Shown here: positions 1 to 9,673 of the stretch, in pieces
How the letters are laid out: each line of letters begins with the position of its first letter
How positions within the stretch are numbered: the first letter of the stretch is position 1
Assembly (NCBI GenBank): GCA_037445695.1
Contig: JBBIKA010000002.1
Span: 28,211-80,291, forward strand
Length of the DNA stretch: 52,081 nt
Source: Chloroflexota bacterium
Lineage (GTDB): Bacteria > Chloroflexota > Anaerolineae > CG2-30-64-16
Direction: 5' to 3'
Translations under genes and position numbers: made by a program
The notes under the pieces: generated by a model
Told to the model about the DNA's origin: nothing
Databases searched by the model: none
Seen by the model: the letters and a program-made list of their open reading frames with translations, nothing else

Positions 1-54
1 CCGCCGCAATCCGAAAGCGGCGTCGTGCCGCCGCAATCCGAAAGCGGCGTCGTG
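1..54. repeat. Exact 27-bp tandem duplication at window edge
   Basis: ccgccgcaatccgaaagcggcgtcgtg occurs at 1-27 and again at 28-54 with no mismatch. It is followed at 55-67 by ctttggattgcgg, an imperfect inverted copy of ccgcaatccgaaag. The array may continue upstream of the window. Confidence 0.8.
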
Positions 55-63
55 CTTTGGATT

Positions 64-86
64 GCGGGGACGTGTCCCCGCTTTTT
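64..86 (+). terminator. Intrinsic terminator-like hairpin with T5 tail (for an upstream + strand gene outside the window)
   Basis: gcgggga / cgtg loop / tccccgc followed by ttttt. Confidence 0.55.
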
Positions 87-157
87 GGCCCTCTCGCCAC
101 GTCGGACGTAAAATAACGTGCTAGACGACCAGCTCTCATTGTTAGCGAACCAAGGAG

Positions 158-1168
158 ATGGCCCTCATGAAGAAGATCCTCAACAATCCTAACGACTTCG
201 TGATCGAGATGTTGGATGGCCTCTTGAAGGCCCATCCGACGCAGTTGAGCTACGCCGGCGGCGACCTGCACTGCATCGTGCGTGCCGACGCGCCGGTTGC
301 CGGCAAAGTCGCCCTGGCCACCGGCGGCGGCTCCGGCCACCTGCCGGTCTTTTTGGGTTACGTCGGCAAGGGGATGCTCGACGGCTGCGCGGTGGGCGAT
401 GTCTTTGCCTCGCCGAGCGCGGATCAGATGCTGGAAGTGACAAAGCGCATCCACGGCGGCGCGGGCGTGGTCTACATCTACGGCAATTACAGCGGCGATG
501 TGATGAACTTCGACATGGCCGCGGAAATGGCCGACATGGAAGGGATCACCGTGCGCACGGTGCTGGTGCGGGATGATGTGGCTTCTGCGCCGCCGGAGCG
601 TGCCGAACGACGTCGCGGGGTGGCGGGCATGGTTTTCGCGTTCAAGATCGCGGGCGCCATGGCCGATCAGGGCGGCTCGCTGGAAGAGGTCGTGCGGGTG
701 ACGGAAAAGGCGCTGGCGAACACCCGCAGCATGGGCGTGGCCCTTTCGCCGTGCACGGTGCCGATGGCCGGCCGGCCCACCTTCACCATCGGCGAGGACG
801 AGATGGAGATCGGCATGGGCATCCACGGCGAGCCGGGCATGAAGCGCGAGAAGCTGCAAACCGCGGATCAGATCGCCACGCGCATGACCGAGGCCATCCT
901 GGAGGATCTGCGGCCGGCCGCCGGCGAGACGCTGGCGGTGATGGTGAACGGGCTCGGTGCGACGCCGCCCGAAGAGCTCTACATCCTCTATCGCAAGGTG
1001 CACGAGCTCCTGACCGATCGGCGCATCAAGATCCATCGGGCCTACGTGGGCGAGTTCGCCACCTCGATGGAGATGGCGGGCGCGTCCTTGACCTTCATGC
1101 GCCTGGACGACGAGCTCATCCCGCTCCTGGACTATCCGGCGCACACGCCGTTCTTCAAGCAGTTCTGA
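158..1168 (+). CDS. dhaK: Dihydroxyacetone kinase, DhaK (substrate-binding) subunit
   Basis: 336-aa ORF. N-terminal [18 protein letters not shown] and GGGSGHLP motifs are typical of DhaK. AAGGAG RBS lies just upstream of the ATG. Confidence 0.9.
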   Translation: MALMKKILNNPNDFVIEMLDGLLKAHPTQLSYAGGDLHCIVRADAPVAGKVALATGGGSGHLPVFLGYVGKGMLDGCAVGDVFASPSADQMLEVTKRIHGGAGVVYIYGNYSGDVMNFDMAAEMADMEGITVRTVLVRDDVASAPPERAERRRGVAGMVFAFKIAGAMADQGGSLEEVVRVTEKALANTRSMGVALSPCTVPMAGRPTFTIGEDEMEIGMGIHGEPGMKREKLQTADQIATRMTEAILEDLRPAAGETLAVMVNGLGATPPEELYILYRKVHELLTDRRIKIHRAYVGEFATSMEMAGASLTFMRLDDELIPLLDYPAHTPFFKQF

Positions 1169-1179
1169 GGGGAGATCAC

Positions 1180-1806
1180 GTGACGACGACCTATTCCGGA
1201 CCAACCGTTGCCGACGCGCTGGTGCGCGTCTGTACGGCGCTCAAGGCGCAGGTGGACTATCTGACATCGCTCGATCAGGCGATGGGCGATGGCGACATGG
1301 GCTACACCCTCGGCAAGATCGCCGATGCCCTGATCCCCTACGCTGCGAGCACGCCGACGACCGACCTGGGCAAATTCCTGGCGTCTGCGGGGATGTTGGC
1401 CAACAAGGCCGGTCCTTCGACCATGGGTACGCTGTTGGCGACCGCGCTGATGCGCGCCGGCAAAGCCGTCATGGGCAAAGCCGAGTTGACGCCGGCCGAC
1501 CTGGTGCTGATGTTTCAGGCTGCGGAGCAGGGCATCCAGGAGCGCGGCAAGGCGCAACCCGGCGACAAGACGATCCTGGACGCGTTGCACCCGGCCGTCG
1601 AGGCGTTTGCTGCGGCGATCAACGAGGGGGCTACCGTCGCCGCGGCCGGCGCCCGCGCGCTCGCGGCGGCCGAGGCCGGCCGCGATGCGGTCACGCCGTT
1701 GCGCAGCAAGATGGGCCGCGCCAGTTGGGTGGGCGAACGGACCGAAGGCCAGGTGGATCCTGGGTGCGCGGCGCTGGTGGTGATCCTGGCGGCGCTGGTC
1801 GGTTGA
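1180..1806 (+). CDS. dhaL: Dihydroxyacetone kinase, DhaL (ADP-binding) subunit
   Basis: In-frame GTG at 1180 follows GGGGAG, 11 nt after the dhaK stop. The [10 protein letters not shown] motif is typical of DhaL. The longer tracked ORF (751..1806) overlaps dhaK and is not credible upstream of 1180. Confidence 0.85.
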   Translation: MTTTYSGPTVADALVRVCTALKAQVDYLTSLDQAMGDGDMGYTLGKIADALIPYAASTPTTDLGKFLASAGMLANKAGPSTMGTLLATALMRAGKAVMGKAELTPADLVLMFQAAEQGIQERGKAQPGDKTILDALHPAVEAFAAAINEGATVAAAGARALAAAEAGRDAVTPLRSKMGRASWVGERTEGQVDPGCAALVVILAALVG

Positions 1807-1831
1807 GGGTGTCGGCGGGGGTGCCGTCCAC

Positions 1832-1854
1832 CCTGCCCTGGCGGCCAGGGCAGG
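1832..1854 (+). terminator. GC-rich hairpin downstream of dhaL
   Basis: cctgccctgg / cgg / ccagggcagg. There is no clear T tail. The stem resembles the GC-hairpin modules seen elsewhere in the window. Confidence 0.35.
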
Positions 1855-1967
1855 CGAATAGGGCCACGAATGCACGAATCGAGGGGGGCCGTCCACGAAT
1901 AGGGCCACGAATGCACGAATCGAGGGGTGCGCTATTCGTGTATTCGTGCTGACATTCGTGGACGGCC
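1855..1967. repeat. CACGAAT word-array inverted-repeat element between convergent dhaL and gpsA
   Basis: A ~34-nt unit (c)gaatagggccacgaatgcacgaatcgagggg occurs twice 40 nt apart (1855 and 1895). It is followed by three inverted words attcgtg at 1934, 1942 and 1954. ggccgtccacgaat (1887-1900) is the exact reverse complement of attcgtggacggcc (1954-1967). Confidence 0.85.
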
Positions 1968-1978
1968 GGCCCTCGTCA

Positions 1979-3049
1979 TCAGATCATGACCGTGCGGCCG
2001 CCCAGGAGGCTTTCGAAGGGGATCTCGGCCGGCGCCCCCTGGGCAATGATGCGGATGAGCAGGCGCAGCAACGGCAGCTCATCGGCCGAGATGCGTCCGG
2101 CGGCTTCCCACGCCGGCAAGGCCCGGGCCATCTGTTGCACGATGTAGGCCCCCTCCAGCGTTTCGCCGGCCATCTCGGCCACGGCTTCGGCATAGGTCAG
2201 GCCCCGGCCCAACAGGCGACCCAGCCGGATCGTGCGGCCGCCGACGCAGGTCACATATTGATCGCCCACCCCCGGCAGGCCGATCACCTTGTCCGCGCCG
2301 CCGCCCAGCAGCGTCACGATGCGGGTCATCTCTCGCGCGCTGACGCCGAAAAGCGCGGCCGCCAGGTTGTGCATGGCGGCGTCGGCCTCATCGGTGCCGC
2401 CGCTGCGCTCCAGGATGCCGCCGGCAAGGCCGACCGCCAGCGTATAGGCGTTCTTCAGCGCCGCGCACACCTCGACGCCCACGATGTCGGTGGAAAGCCA
2501 GATGTGATAGTAGTCGGTGCCGAAGATCGCGCGCAGCCGATGGAGGGCGGCTGCGTCGCGGCCGGTGAACACGACGCACGTCGGCCGGCGGCCGGCCAGC
2601 TCGCCCGCAATGCACGGCCCGCCGATCGCCGCGATCGTCACCTGCGCGCGCAACCCGGCCGGCAGTTCGGCCGCCAGCACATCGGGCAAGATGCGCAGAG
2701 TGCCGTCTTCCTGGGCTTCCAGCCCCTTGGTGACCGCGATGATCGTCGCGCCCGGCCAGAGCAGCGGCCCCAACGTGCGGCCGATCCAATGCACGCCCAG
2801 CGAGTTCACGCCGCTCACGATCACATCCGCGCCGGCGAGCGCCTGGGGGAGCTGTTCGACGAAGAAGGGTTGCACGCGGGGCGGCAGGGGTCGGCGCAGC
2901 TTAGGATGGCGGCCTTGCTCGAGGCACGCCCGGATGATGTCTGCGTCGAGGTGCGTGCCGACCAGGCGCACCTCGTGGCCGTTATCGCTCAACGGCCAGG
3001 CGACCGCCGTGCCCATCAGCCCGGCGCCGAGGATGGTGATGGTGGCCAT
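1979..3049 (-). CDS. gpsA: NAD(P)H-dependent glycerol-3-phosphate dehydrogenase family protein
   Basis: Start taken at MATITILGAGLMGTAVA (Rossmann GxGxxG). Further motifs typical of GpsA-type enzymes: AIGGPCIAGELA and KNAYTLAVG. The 388-aa tracked ORF has an implausible N-terminal extension. Confidence 0.75.
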   Translation of the reverse strand: MATITILGAGLMGTAVAWPLSDNGHEVRLVGTHLDADIIRACLEQGRHPKLRRPLPPRVQPFFVEQLPQALAGADVIVSGVNSLGVHWIGRTLGPLLWPGATIIAVTKGLEAQEDGTLRILPDVLAAELPAGLRAQVTIAAIGGPCIAGELAGRRPTCVVFTGRDAAALHRLRAIFGTDYYHIWLSTDIVGVEVCAALKNAYTLAVGLAGGILERSGGTDEADAAMHNLAAALFGVSAREMTRIVTLLGGGADKVIGLPGVGDQYVTCVGGRTIRLGRLLGRGLTYAEAVAEMAGETLEGAYIVQQMARALPAWEAAGRISADELPLLRLLIRIIAQGAPAEIPFESLLGGRTVMI

Positions 3050-3165
3050 GGGTGAAAAAACCTCTCTATAGGTAAATGCCTGCTGCTTTCTGCAAGCGAA
3101 AAGTCCAACTACATTGTAGCGACCCGGCGCCCAATGCGCAAACAACCCTTTTTCGGTGCTCAGCT

Positions 3166-3768
3166 ATGAAACGTCTGGCCGTTCTGATCTCCGGCGCCGG
3201 CTCCAACCTGCAGGCCATCATAGATGCTGTGCGGGAGGGCCGGCTTGCCGCGCAGATTGCAGTGGTCGTATCGAACCGCCGCGATGCCTATGGCTTGGTG
3301 CGCGCCGACCGTGCCGGCATCCCGACCCTTTACTTCCCGTTGAAGCCGTATCGCGACGCCGGTCGGTCGCGCGAGGAATACGACGCCGACCTGGCCGCGC
3401 GCGTTGCGGAATATGTCCCCGACCTGATCGTGTTGGCCGGCTGGATGCACGTCCTGAGCCCGGCGTTTCTGGCGCGTTTTCCGGGCCGGGTGCTCAATTT
3501 GCATCCGGCGCTTCCCGGCCGATTCCCGGGCACGCACGCGATCCAGCGCGCGTACGAGGCCTATCGCCGGGGCGAGATCGCCCATACGGGCGTCATGGTC
3601 CATTGGGCCGTGCCCGAAGTGGATGCCGGCGCGGTCATCGCCCAGGTCGAGGTGCCCATCTTCCCGACCGACACCCTGCCCGATCTGGAGGCCCGCATCC
3701 ATGAGGCCGAACATCGGTTGCTGGTCGAGGCGATCCGGTCGGTGATCGGCGCGGCCGACGCATTGTAG
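3166..3768 (+). CDS. purN: Phosphoribosylglycinamide formyltransferase
   Basis: MKRLAVLISGAGSNLQAIID, LAGWMHVLS and LNLHPALPG motifs. Start taken at the internal ATG of the tracked ORF. Confidence 0.9.
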   Translation: MKRLAVLISGAGSNLQAIIDAVREGRLAAQIAVVVSNRRDAYGLVRADRAGIPTLYFPLKPYRDAGRSREEYDADLAARVAEYVPDLIVLAGWMHVLSPAFLARFPGRVLNLHPALPGRFPGTHAIQRAYEAYRRGEIAHTGVMVHWAVPEVDAGAVIAQVEVPIFPTDTLPDLEARIHEAEHRLLVEAIRSVIGAADAL

Positions 3769-3789
3769 ATGAGAGGAAAGGATCACTTG

Positions 3790-5304
3790 ATGACACGACG
3801 AGCTATCCTGAGCGTATACGATAAGGCCGGCCTGGTCGAGTTCGCGCGCGGCCTGGTCGAGCTGGGCTTCGAACTGGTGGCTTCGGGCGGCACGGCCCGG
3901 GCCTTGAGCGCCGCGGGCCTGCCGGTCCTGCCGGTCGAACAGGTCACCGGCCACCCGGAGATCCTCGGCGGCCGCGTGAAGACGCTGCATCCGGCCATCC
4001 ACGGCGGCATCCTGGCCCGTCGCACGCCGGAGCACCTGGCCGAGCTGGCCGGCCACGGCATCGCGGCGATGGATCTGGTGGCGTGCAACCTGTATCCGTT
4101 TGGGGCCACCGTGGCCCGGCCCGGCGTGACCGAGGCCGAGGCGGTGGAGGAAATAGACATCGGCGGGGTGGCGCTCCTGCGCGCCGCGGCCAAGAACTTC
4201 GAGTCGGTGTTCGCCGTGTGCGATCCGGCCGACTACCCCGCGGTGCTGGACGCGCTGCGCCGATCGGATGCCGGCGACGCCCTGCTCATGCGGCGACGGC
4301 TGGCGGTCAAGGCGTTTCATCATACCGCCGCCTACGACGCGGCGATTGCGACGTGGTTGGGGCAGGACGAGGAATTTCCCTCGACCCTCCTCCTGGCGGC
4401 CGAGCGCGTCCAGACGCTCCGCTACGGCGAGAACCCGCATCAGCGCGCCGCGCTCTATCGCCGGATTGGCGCGGCGCCCGCGTTCGAGCAGCTTCAGGGC
4501 AAAGAGCTGAGCTACAACAACCTGGTGGATCTGGACGCGGCCTGGGCCATGCCCCAAGAGTTCCGCGAGCCAGCCGTCGCCATCATCAAGCACACGAATC
4601 CGAGCGGGCTGGCCACCGCCGCTACCCTGATCGAGGCGTATCGGCTGGCGCTGGCCTGCGACCCGGTGTCGGCGTTCGGCTCGATCATCGCGACCAATCG
4701 GCCGGTAGACCTGAGCTTCGTCCAGGAGCTCGGCGGGCTCTTCGTCGAGGTGTTGGCCGCGCCCGACTTCACGGCCGAAGCGCTGGACTGGTTGGCCGCC
4801 CACAAGAAGAATTGCCGGGTGATGAAGGCGAGGCCGGCCGCGTCCGATAGCCTGGTGTTGCGCTCGGTGGCGGCCGGGCTTCTGGCGCAAACCCCCGATG
4901 ATCGCGGAGTGGACGCAGCGACTTGGAAGGTGGTCACCCGGCGGCCGCCGACCGAGGCCGAGCGGCGTAGCCTGGCGTTCGCCTGGCTGGCGGTCAAGCA
5001 CGTCAAGTCCAACGCGATCGTGTTTGCCCAGGGCACCGCGACGGTGGGCGTGGGCGCGGGGCAGATGAACCGCGTGGACGCGGTCTACCTGGCCGCGCGG
5101 CGGGCCGGCGCACGCGCGCGCGGCGCGGTGATGGGCTCGGACGCGTTCTTCCCCTTTGCCGATGGCATCGAAGCGGCGGCCGCGGCCGGCGTGACGGCCT
5201 GCATCCAGCCGGGCGGCTCGCTGCGCGATGAAGAGGTCATCGCGGCGGCCGATCGGGCGGGCATGGCCATGATCTTCACCGGCGAACGCCACTTCCGGCA
5301 TTGA
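3790..5304 (+). CDS. purH: Bifunctional AICAR transformylase / IMP cyclohydrolase
   Basis: [26 protein letters not shown] and a C-terminal FTGERHFRH are PurH hallmarks. ATG at 3790 is preceded by a GAGAGGAAAGGA RBS. An ATG at 3769 is an alternative start. Confidence 0.9.
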   Translation: MTRRAILSVYDKAGLVEFARGLVELGFELVASGGTARALSAAGLPVLPVEQVTGHPEILGGRVKTLHPAIHGGILARRTPEHLAELAGHGIAAMDLVACNLYPFGATVARPGVTEAEAVEEIDIGGVALLRAAAKNFESVFAVCDPADYPAVLDALRRSDAGDALLMRRRLAVKAFHHTAAYDAAIATWLGQDEEFPSTLLLAAERVQTLRYGENPHQRAALYRRIGAAPAFEQLQGKELSYNNLVDLDAAWAMPQEFREPAVAIIKHTNPSGLATAATLIEAYRLALACDPVSAFGSIIATNRPVDLSFVQELGGLFVEVLAAPDFTAEALDWLAAHKKNCRVMKARPAASDSLVLRSVAAGLLAQTPDDRGVDAATWKVVTRRPPTEAERRSLAFAWLAVKHVKSNAIVFAQGTATVGVGAGQMNRVDAVYLAARRAGARARGAVMGSDAFFPFADGIEAAAAAGVTACIQPGGSLRDEEVIAAADRAGMAMIFTGERHFRH

Positions 5305-5333
5305 CATCCCGTCCGACCGCCCTTCGCAGCGAT

Positions 5334-5362
5334 TTGACAGGCCGCGTTTCTTGCGGTATTAT
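5334..5362 (+). promoter_or_regulatory. Sigma-70-type promoter of the pheST T-box leader
   Basis: TTGACA (5334-5339), 17-nt spacer, TATTAT (5357-5362). Confidence 0.6.
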
Positions 5363-5368
5363 CCGCCT

Positions 5369-5699
5369 CAACAACGACATACCCACCGCAAAGGCGATGA
5401 CGGAGGAAAGTAGGCGGGACGTAAGTCTCCAGAGAGGTCGGGCCTCGCGGCAGCGCGAGGCTGTAAGCCCGACCGACACACGGCCCGCGCGAAGTTCCCT
5501 CCCGAGCCGGACGGGTGAACACCGAACGTCGCGTTCGGCAAAGTAGTTCGTCCCGGAAGCCCGCCGTTATCGGGGCCGCCGGTAAGCCCGTCGAATCGGG
5601 CCGCCGGGCCGAGGAGCCTCCGCCAGGTGGAGGAAGCAGGGTGGTACCGCGGAGTTCGCATGCGCGCACTTCGTCCCCGATGACGAAGTGCGCGTTTTT
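5369..5699 (+). promoter_or_regulatory. T-box leader (tRNA-sensing riboswitch), presumably tRNA-Phe
   Basis: AGAGA box at ~5431. Conserved T-box sequence AGCAGGGTGGTACCGCGG at ~5635-5652. Perfect 13-bp terminator stem cgcgcacttcgtc/gacgaagtgcgcg (5663-5694) plus T5. UUC at 5495-5497 sits in a GAAGUUCC context in the expected specifier region; this assignment is tentative. The leader lies upstream of pheS. Confidence 0.8.
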
Positions 5700-5754
5700 G
5701 ATTTCTGAGTCTGCGGCTTTTGGTGGGAAGACGGTAGGACTCGCAACTTGCGTG

Positions 5755-5905
5755 ACCCCATCCCCCGGCCCCTTCCCCGCCTGGCGGGGAAGGGGCGAAG
5801 CGAATAGCAGGGTATTTTGGCCGCCTTCAGCGGCCAAAATACCCCTTGCGAGGGATTCCCCGCCCCCCGCTTGCGGGGGGCGGGGTCAGGGGTGGGGGGC
5901 TCACT
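5755..5905. repeat. GC-rich hairpin mosaic repeat (three hairpin modules) between the T-box terminator and pheS
   Basis: Three hairpins: ccccttccccgcc/ggcggggaagggg; gggtattttggccgcc-ttca-gcggccaaaatacccc; ccccgcccccc-gcttgc-ggggggcgggg. Related modules occur at 11990-12162, 14622-14893, 18742-18868, 20171-20256 and 51900-51965. Confidence 0.8.
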
Positions 5906-5991
5906 GCATCCGGAATTGCCGAAACGCCTCTTGCCCCGCCAGAAGCTGGAGAGCCTGATTTCTTTTTTACTTGCCATCAATTGGAGGCCAC

Positions 5992-7077
5992 ATGTACGAA
6001 AATCTGGAGCGACTTCAGGCGACTGCGCTGGCCGAATTGGCGCAGGCCCGAGACGCGAACGCGTTGGAAGCCTGGCGCATCCGCTATCTCAGCCGCAAGG
6101 GCGGCGCACTCAACGAAGCCGTCAAGCTGCTGACCACACTGCCGCGCGCAGAGCGGCCGGCGTACGGCCAAGCGGTCAACGAAGTCAAAAACGCGATCGA
6201 ATCTGCCTTTGCCCGGCGCCAGGAGGAGCTGAAGGCGGCCGAGCTGGAGGCCGAACTGGCCACCGGCGCGCTCGACGTGACGTTGCCCGGCCGGCCACCG
6301 TCCATCGGCCACCTGCACCTGACCACGCAAAGCCTGCGCCAGCTCTATGCCATCTTTGCCGAGATGGGCTTTCAGGTCTACGACGCGCCGGACGTGGAGA
6401 CGGATGAATATAACTTCGGCCTGCTCAACATCCCGCCCTACCATCCCGCGCGCGACATGTGGGATACTTTTTGGGTCACCCAGAGCGGCACGGGGCAACC
6501 CGACCTCGCGGCGGCCGGCGGCACAGCGTCGTCGGCGACGACGCTGGTGATGCGCACGCACACCAGCCCGGGCCAGATTCGCGTGATGCGCGAGCGGTGC
6601 CCCGAGCCGATCCGCGTGATCCTGCCCGGCAAATGCTATCGCTACGAACAGATCACCGCGCGCTCCGAGCATCAGTTCTACCAGATGGAGGGCCTGGCGG
6701 TCGGCAAGGGGATCCGGCTGACCGATCTGATCGGCACGCTGCAGCAGTTTGCCCGGCGCATGTACGGTCCGGGCCGGCGGCTGCGGGTGCGCGGCAGCTA
6801 CTTCCCCTTCACCGAGCCGAGCATCGAGGCCGACATGGATTGCATCCTGTGCGGCGGCAAGGGGTGCAGCGTCTGCAAATACACCGGCTGGCTGGAAATC
6901 GCCGGCGCGGGCATGGTCCATCCGGTGGTCCTGCGCAACGGCGGCTATGACCCCGACATCTACAGCGGCTTCGCGTTCGGCATGGGGGTCGAACGGCCGG
7001 CCATGTTGAAGTACAAGATCAACGACATCCGCTATTTCTACGGCAACGACCTGCGCTTCCTGGAGCAGTTCGGTTGA
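5992..7077 (+). CDS. pheS: Phenylalanine--tRNA ligase alpha subunit
   Basis: ATG at 5992 follows a GGAGG RBS. Class II aaRS motifs are present (FRxE-like CYRYEQ and GAGMVHP). Confidence 0.92.
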   Translation: MYENLERLQATALAELAQARDANALEAWRIRYLSRKGGALNEAVKLLTTLPRAERPAYGQAVNEVKNAIESAFARRQEELKAAELEAELATGALDVTLPGRPPSIGHLHLTTQSLRQLYAIFAEMGFQVYDAPDVETDEYNFGLLNIPPYHPARDMWDTFWVTQSGTGQPDLAAAGGTASSATTLVMRTHTSPGQIRVMRERCPEPIRVILPGKCYRYEQITARSEHQFYQMEGLAVGKGIRLTDLIGTLQQFARRMYGPGRRLRVRGSYFPFTEPSIEADMDCILCGGKGCSVCKYTGWLEIAGAGMVHPVVLRNGGYDPDIYSGFAFGMGVERPAMLKYKINDIRYFYGNDLRFLEQFG

Positions 7078-7095
7078 GCCGGGGAGAAGATCACG

Positions 7096-9594
7096 ATGAA
7101 AGTTCCTTTGAGCTGGCTGAAAGATTACGTGGACATCACCCTGCCCGTCGCCCGGCTGGCCGAGCGCCTGACGCTCGCCGGCCTGGAAGTCGAGTCGCTC
7201 ACGCCCATCGGCGAACTGTGGGATCGGGACAAGGTGTTCGTGGGACAGGTGCTGGAAGTGACGCGGCATCCCGACGCCGATCGGCTGGTGCTGGCGCGCG
7301 TTGAGTACGGCGCGGCCGCGCCGCTGACGGTGGTCACCGGTGCGCCGAACCTCTATCCCTATGTCGGCCAGGATTTGAGCAACGGCCGCGGGCCGAAGGT
7401 GGCGTTCGCCATCGTCGGCGCCCGCCTGTACGACGGCCACAGCGCCGAGCCCAAGATCGCCACCCTGAAGGCCGGGAAGATTCGCGGCATCCTCTCGCAG
7501 GGCATGGTTTGCTCGGAGAAGGAGCTGGGCCTTAGCGACGAACACGAGGGCATCCTGATCCTGCCCGAGGATGCGCCGGTCGGCACGCCGCTGGTGGACT
7601 ATCTGGGCGATACGATCCTGGAGTTCGACATCAAAGGCGCGTTCGGCCACCTGCAATCGGTGATCGGGATCGCGCGCGAAGTGGCCGCCCTGACCGGCCA
7701 GACGTTGCGCAACCCGACGCCGGCCGCCTACCTGGACATCCCGCGGGTGAGCGATGCCGACTTTGCCGGCATCGTGATCCAGGATCCCGACCTGTGCCTG
7801 CGCTATTCGGCCGCGCTGATCGAGGGCGTGCAGGTCAAGCCGTCCCCCTACTGGATGCAACAGCGGCTCATCCGCGCCGGCATGCGGCCGATCAACAACA
7901 TCGTGGACATCACCAACTACGTGATGCTCGAGCTGGGCCAGCCGCTGCATGCCTTCGACTACGACCTGTTGCGTGCCCGCGCCGGCGGCCGGCCGACGAT
8001 CATCATGCGCCGCGCTCGCCCGGGTGAGCACCTGGTGACGCTCGACGGCGTGGACCGGGCCCTCGACCCCGAAATGCTCATGATCACCGACACGGCCGGC
8101 ACGATCGCGGTGGGCGGCATCATGGGCGGCGCCAACACCGAGGTCAACGACGGCACGACGTCGGTGCTGCTCGAGGCGGCCAACTTCCATTTCTTGAGCA
8201 TCCGACGCACCTGCCAGATGCTCAAGCTCTCCAGCGAGGCGGGCAATCGCTTCGGCAAGCGCGTGGATCCCGAGCTGACCATTGCCGCGTTGGCCCGCGC
8301 CGGCCAGTTGATGGCCGAGCTGGGCGGCGGTCGCGTGCGGCCGGTCTACGGCGATGTGTACCCCAATCCGGCGTCGCGCGTCACCATCGAGCTCGATCCG
8401 GCCTACGTCAATCGCCTGCTCGGCATCGAGGTGCCGGTCGCGGAGATGGTGCGCATCCTGAGGGCGCTGGAGTTCGGGGTGGATGAGGAAACAAGGGGAC
8501 AATCCCCGTCTGCCTCCCTGCGCGTCACCGTCCCCAGCCATCGCCAGGACGTGAGCATCCCGGCCGACTTGGTGGAGGAAATCGGCCGCATCTACGGTTA
8601 CGACCGCATGCCGCACACGCTGTTGTGCGACGAGCTGCCGCCGCAACGCCGCAACCTGGCACTGGAAGGGGAAGAGAAGGTGCGCGATGTGCTGGTGGGT
8701 TGTGGGCTGAACGAAGTCATCACCTATTCGATGATAGACGTGCGCGACGAGGTGAAGTTCTATCGGGATGAGGCGGCCGCCACCGTGCCGCACGTCGTCG
8801 TCCTGAATCCGCTGGCGGCGGATCGGGCTCATCTGCGGCGGACGCTGTTGCCTTCGCTGTTGAATACGGCGCGGGCCAACCTGCGCTTCGCCGAACGCGT
8901 GGCCATCTTCGAGCTGGGCCGCGTCTTCCATCCGCGGCCCGATCAGTTGCTGCCGGCCGAGCCGCGTCGCGTGGCCGCGCTCCTGGTGGGCCCGCGCGAG
9001 CCACAAAGCTGGCAGCCGCACGACGCCTCGCCCCTCGGCTTCTTCGACCTGAAAGGGGTCGTCGAGGTGTTGTTGGCCCGGCTGGAGCTGAAGGATGTCG
9101 CCTGGGAGCGCGGCCAATATCCCGCCTGCCATCCCGGCCGCACCGCGCGGCTGCTGGTCGGGGGCCAGGAGATCGGCATCGTGGGGGAACTGCATCCGCT
9201 GGTGCGCGCGGCGTTTGACCTGCCCAATCTGCCTGTCGCGATCACGGAACTGGACCTGGATGCGCTCCTGGCCGGCTGGGGCGCCCCCGCGCCGATGACC
9301 GAGATCTCCGGCCAGCCGCCGGTGTATGAAGACCTGGCCGTTATCGTGGATGAGACGGTGCCGGCCGCGCAGGTTGCCGCGTTGATCCGACAGGCGGCCG
9401 GCCGGCTGCTGGTGGATCTGCGGCTGTTCGATGTCTACCGCGGGGATCAGATTCCGCCGGGCAAGAAGTCGCTGGCCTACAGTCTCACCTTCCAGGCGGC
9501 CGATCGCACCCTCACCGACGAGGACACGCGCAAGGTACGGGCCAAAATCGTCGGCCGGCTGGAGCGGGAGCTGGGCGCCACTCTGCGGGGATGA
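7096..9594 (+). CDS. pheT: Phenylalanine--tRNA ligase beta subunit
   Basis: 832-aa ORF. It begins MKVPLSWLKDYVD, typical of PheT, and shows the tRNA-binding, B3/4, B5 and FDX-ACB domain order. Confidence 0.92.
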   Translation: MKVPLSWLKDYVDITLPVARLAERLTLAGLEVESLTPIGELWDRDKVFVGQVLEVTRHPDADRLVLARVEYGAAAPLTVVTGAPNLYPYVGQDLSNGRGPKVAFAIVGARLYDGHSAEPKIATLKAGKIRGILSQGMVCSEKELGLSDEHEGILILPEDAPVGTPLVDYLGDTILEFDIKGAFGHLQSVIGIAREVAALTGQTLRNPTPAAYLDIPRVSDADFAGIVIQDPDLCLRYSAALIEGVQVKPSPYWMQQRLIRAGMRPINNIVDITNYVMLELGQPLHAFDYDLLRARAGGRPTIIMRRARPGEHLVTLDGVDRALDPEMLMITDTAGTIAVGGIMGGANTEVNDGTTSVLLEAANFHFLSIRRTCQMLKLSSEAGNRFGKRVDPELTIAALARAGQLMAELGGGRVRPVYGDVYPNPASRVTIELDPAYVNRLLGIEVPVAEMVRILRALEFGVDEETRGQSPSASLRVTVPSHRQDVSIPADLVEEIGRIYGYDRMPHTLLCDELPPQRRNLALEGEEKVRDVLVGCGLNEVITYSMIDVRDEVKFYRDEAAATVPHVVVLNPLAADRAHLRRTLLPSLLNTARANLRFAERVAIFELGRVFHPRPDQLLPAEPRRVAALLVGPREPQSWQPHDASPLGFFDLKGVVEVLLARLELKDVAWERGQYPACHPGRTARLLVGGQEIGIVGELHPLVRAAFDLPNLPVAITELDLDALLAGWGAPAPMTEISGQPPVYEDLAVIVDETVPAAQVAALIRQAAGRLLVDLRLFDVYRGDQIPPGKKSLAYSLTFQAADRTLTDEDTRKVRAKIVGRLERELGATLRG

Positions 9595-9673
9595 CGGAAC
9601 CGGCTAACCTGCGCCGCGTCATGGTCACCGGCGGACGAATCGCCGATAATGTCTGATGGAACAGGAGGCGACC

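Noticed and set aside
3050-3165. Purine or ZTP riboswitch expected upstream of purN-purH.
   Set aside because: Neither the purine-riboswitch core nor the ZTP (pfl) motif GGGTCGTGA...CCGGGCGGA...CCGCCTGGG could be found in the 116-nt divergent intergenic region.
5977-9195. 1072-aa ORF on the minus strand, antisense to pheS-pheT. Similar giants occur at 3160-5307(-), 27076-29565(-), 30670-32685(-), 44482-46500(-), 46615-48294(-) and 49542-50954(-).
   Set aside because: All lie exactly opposite well-supported conserved genes. Their translations are Arg/Gly/Ala/Pro/His-rich low-complexity sequence typical of stop-codon-poor antisense frames in high-GC DNA, and none has an RBS. They are treated as artefacts.
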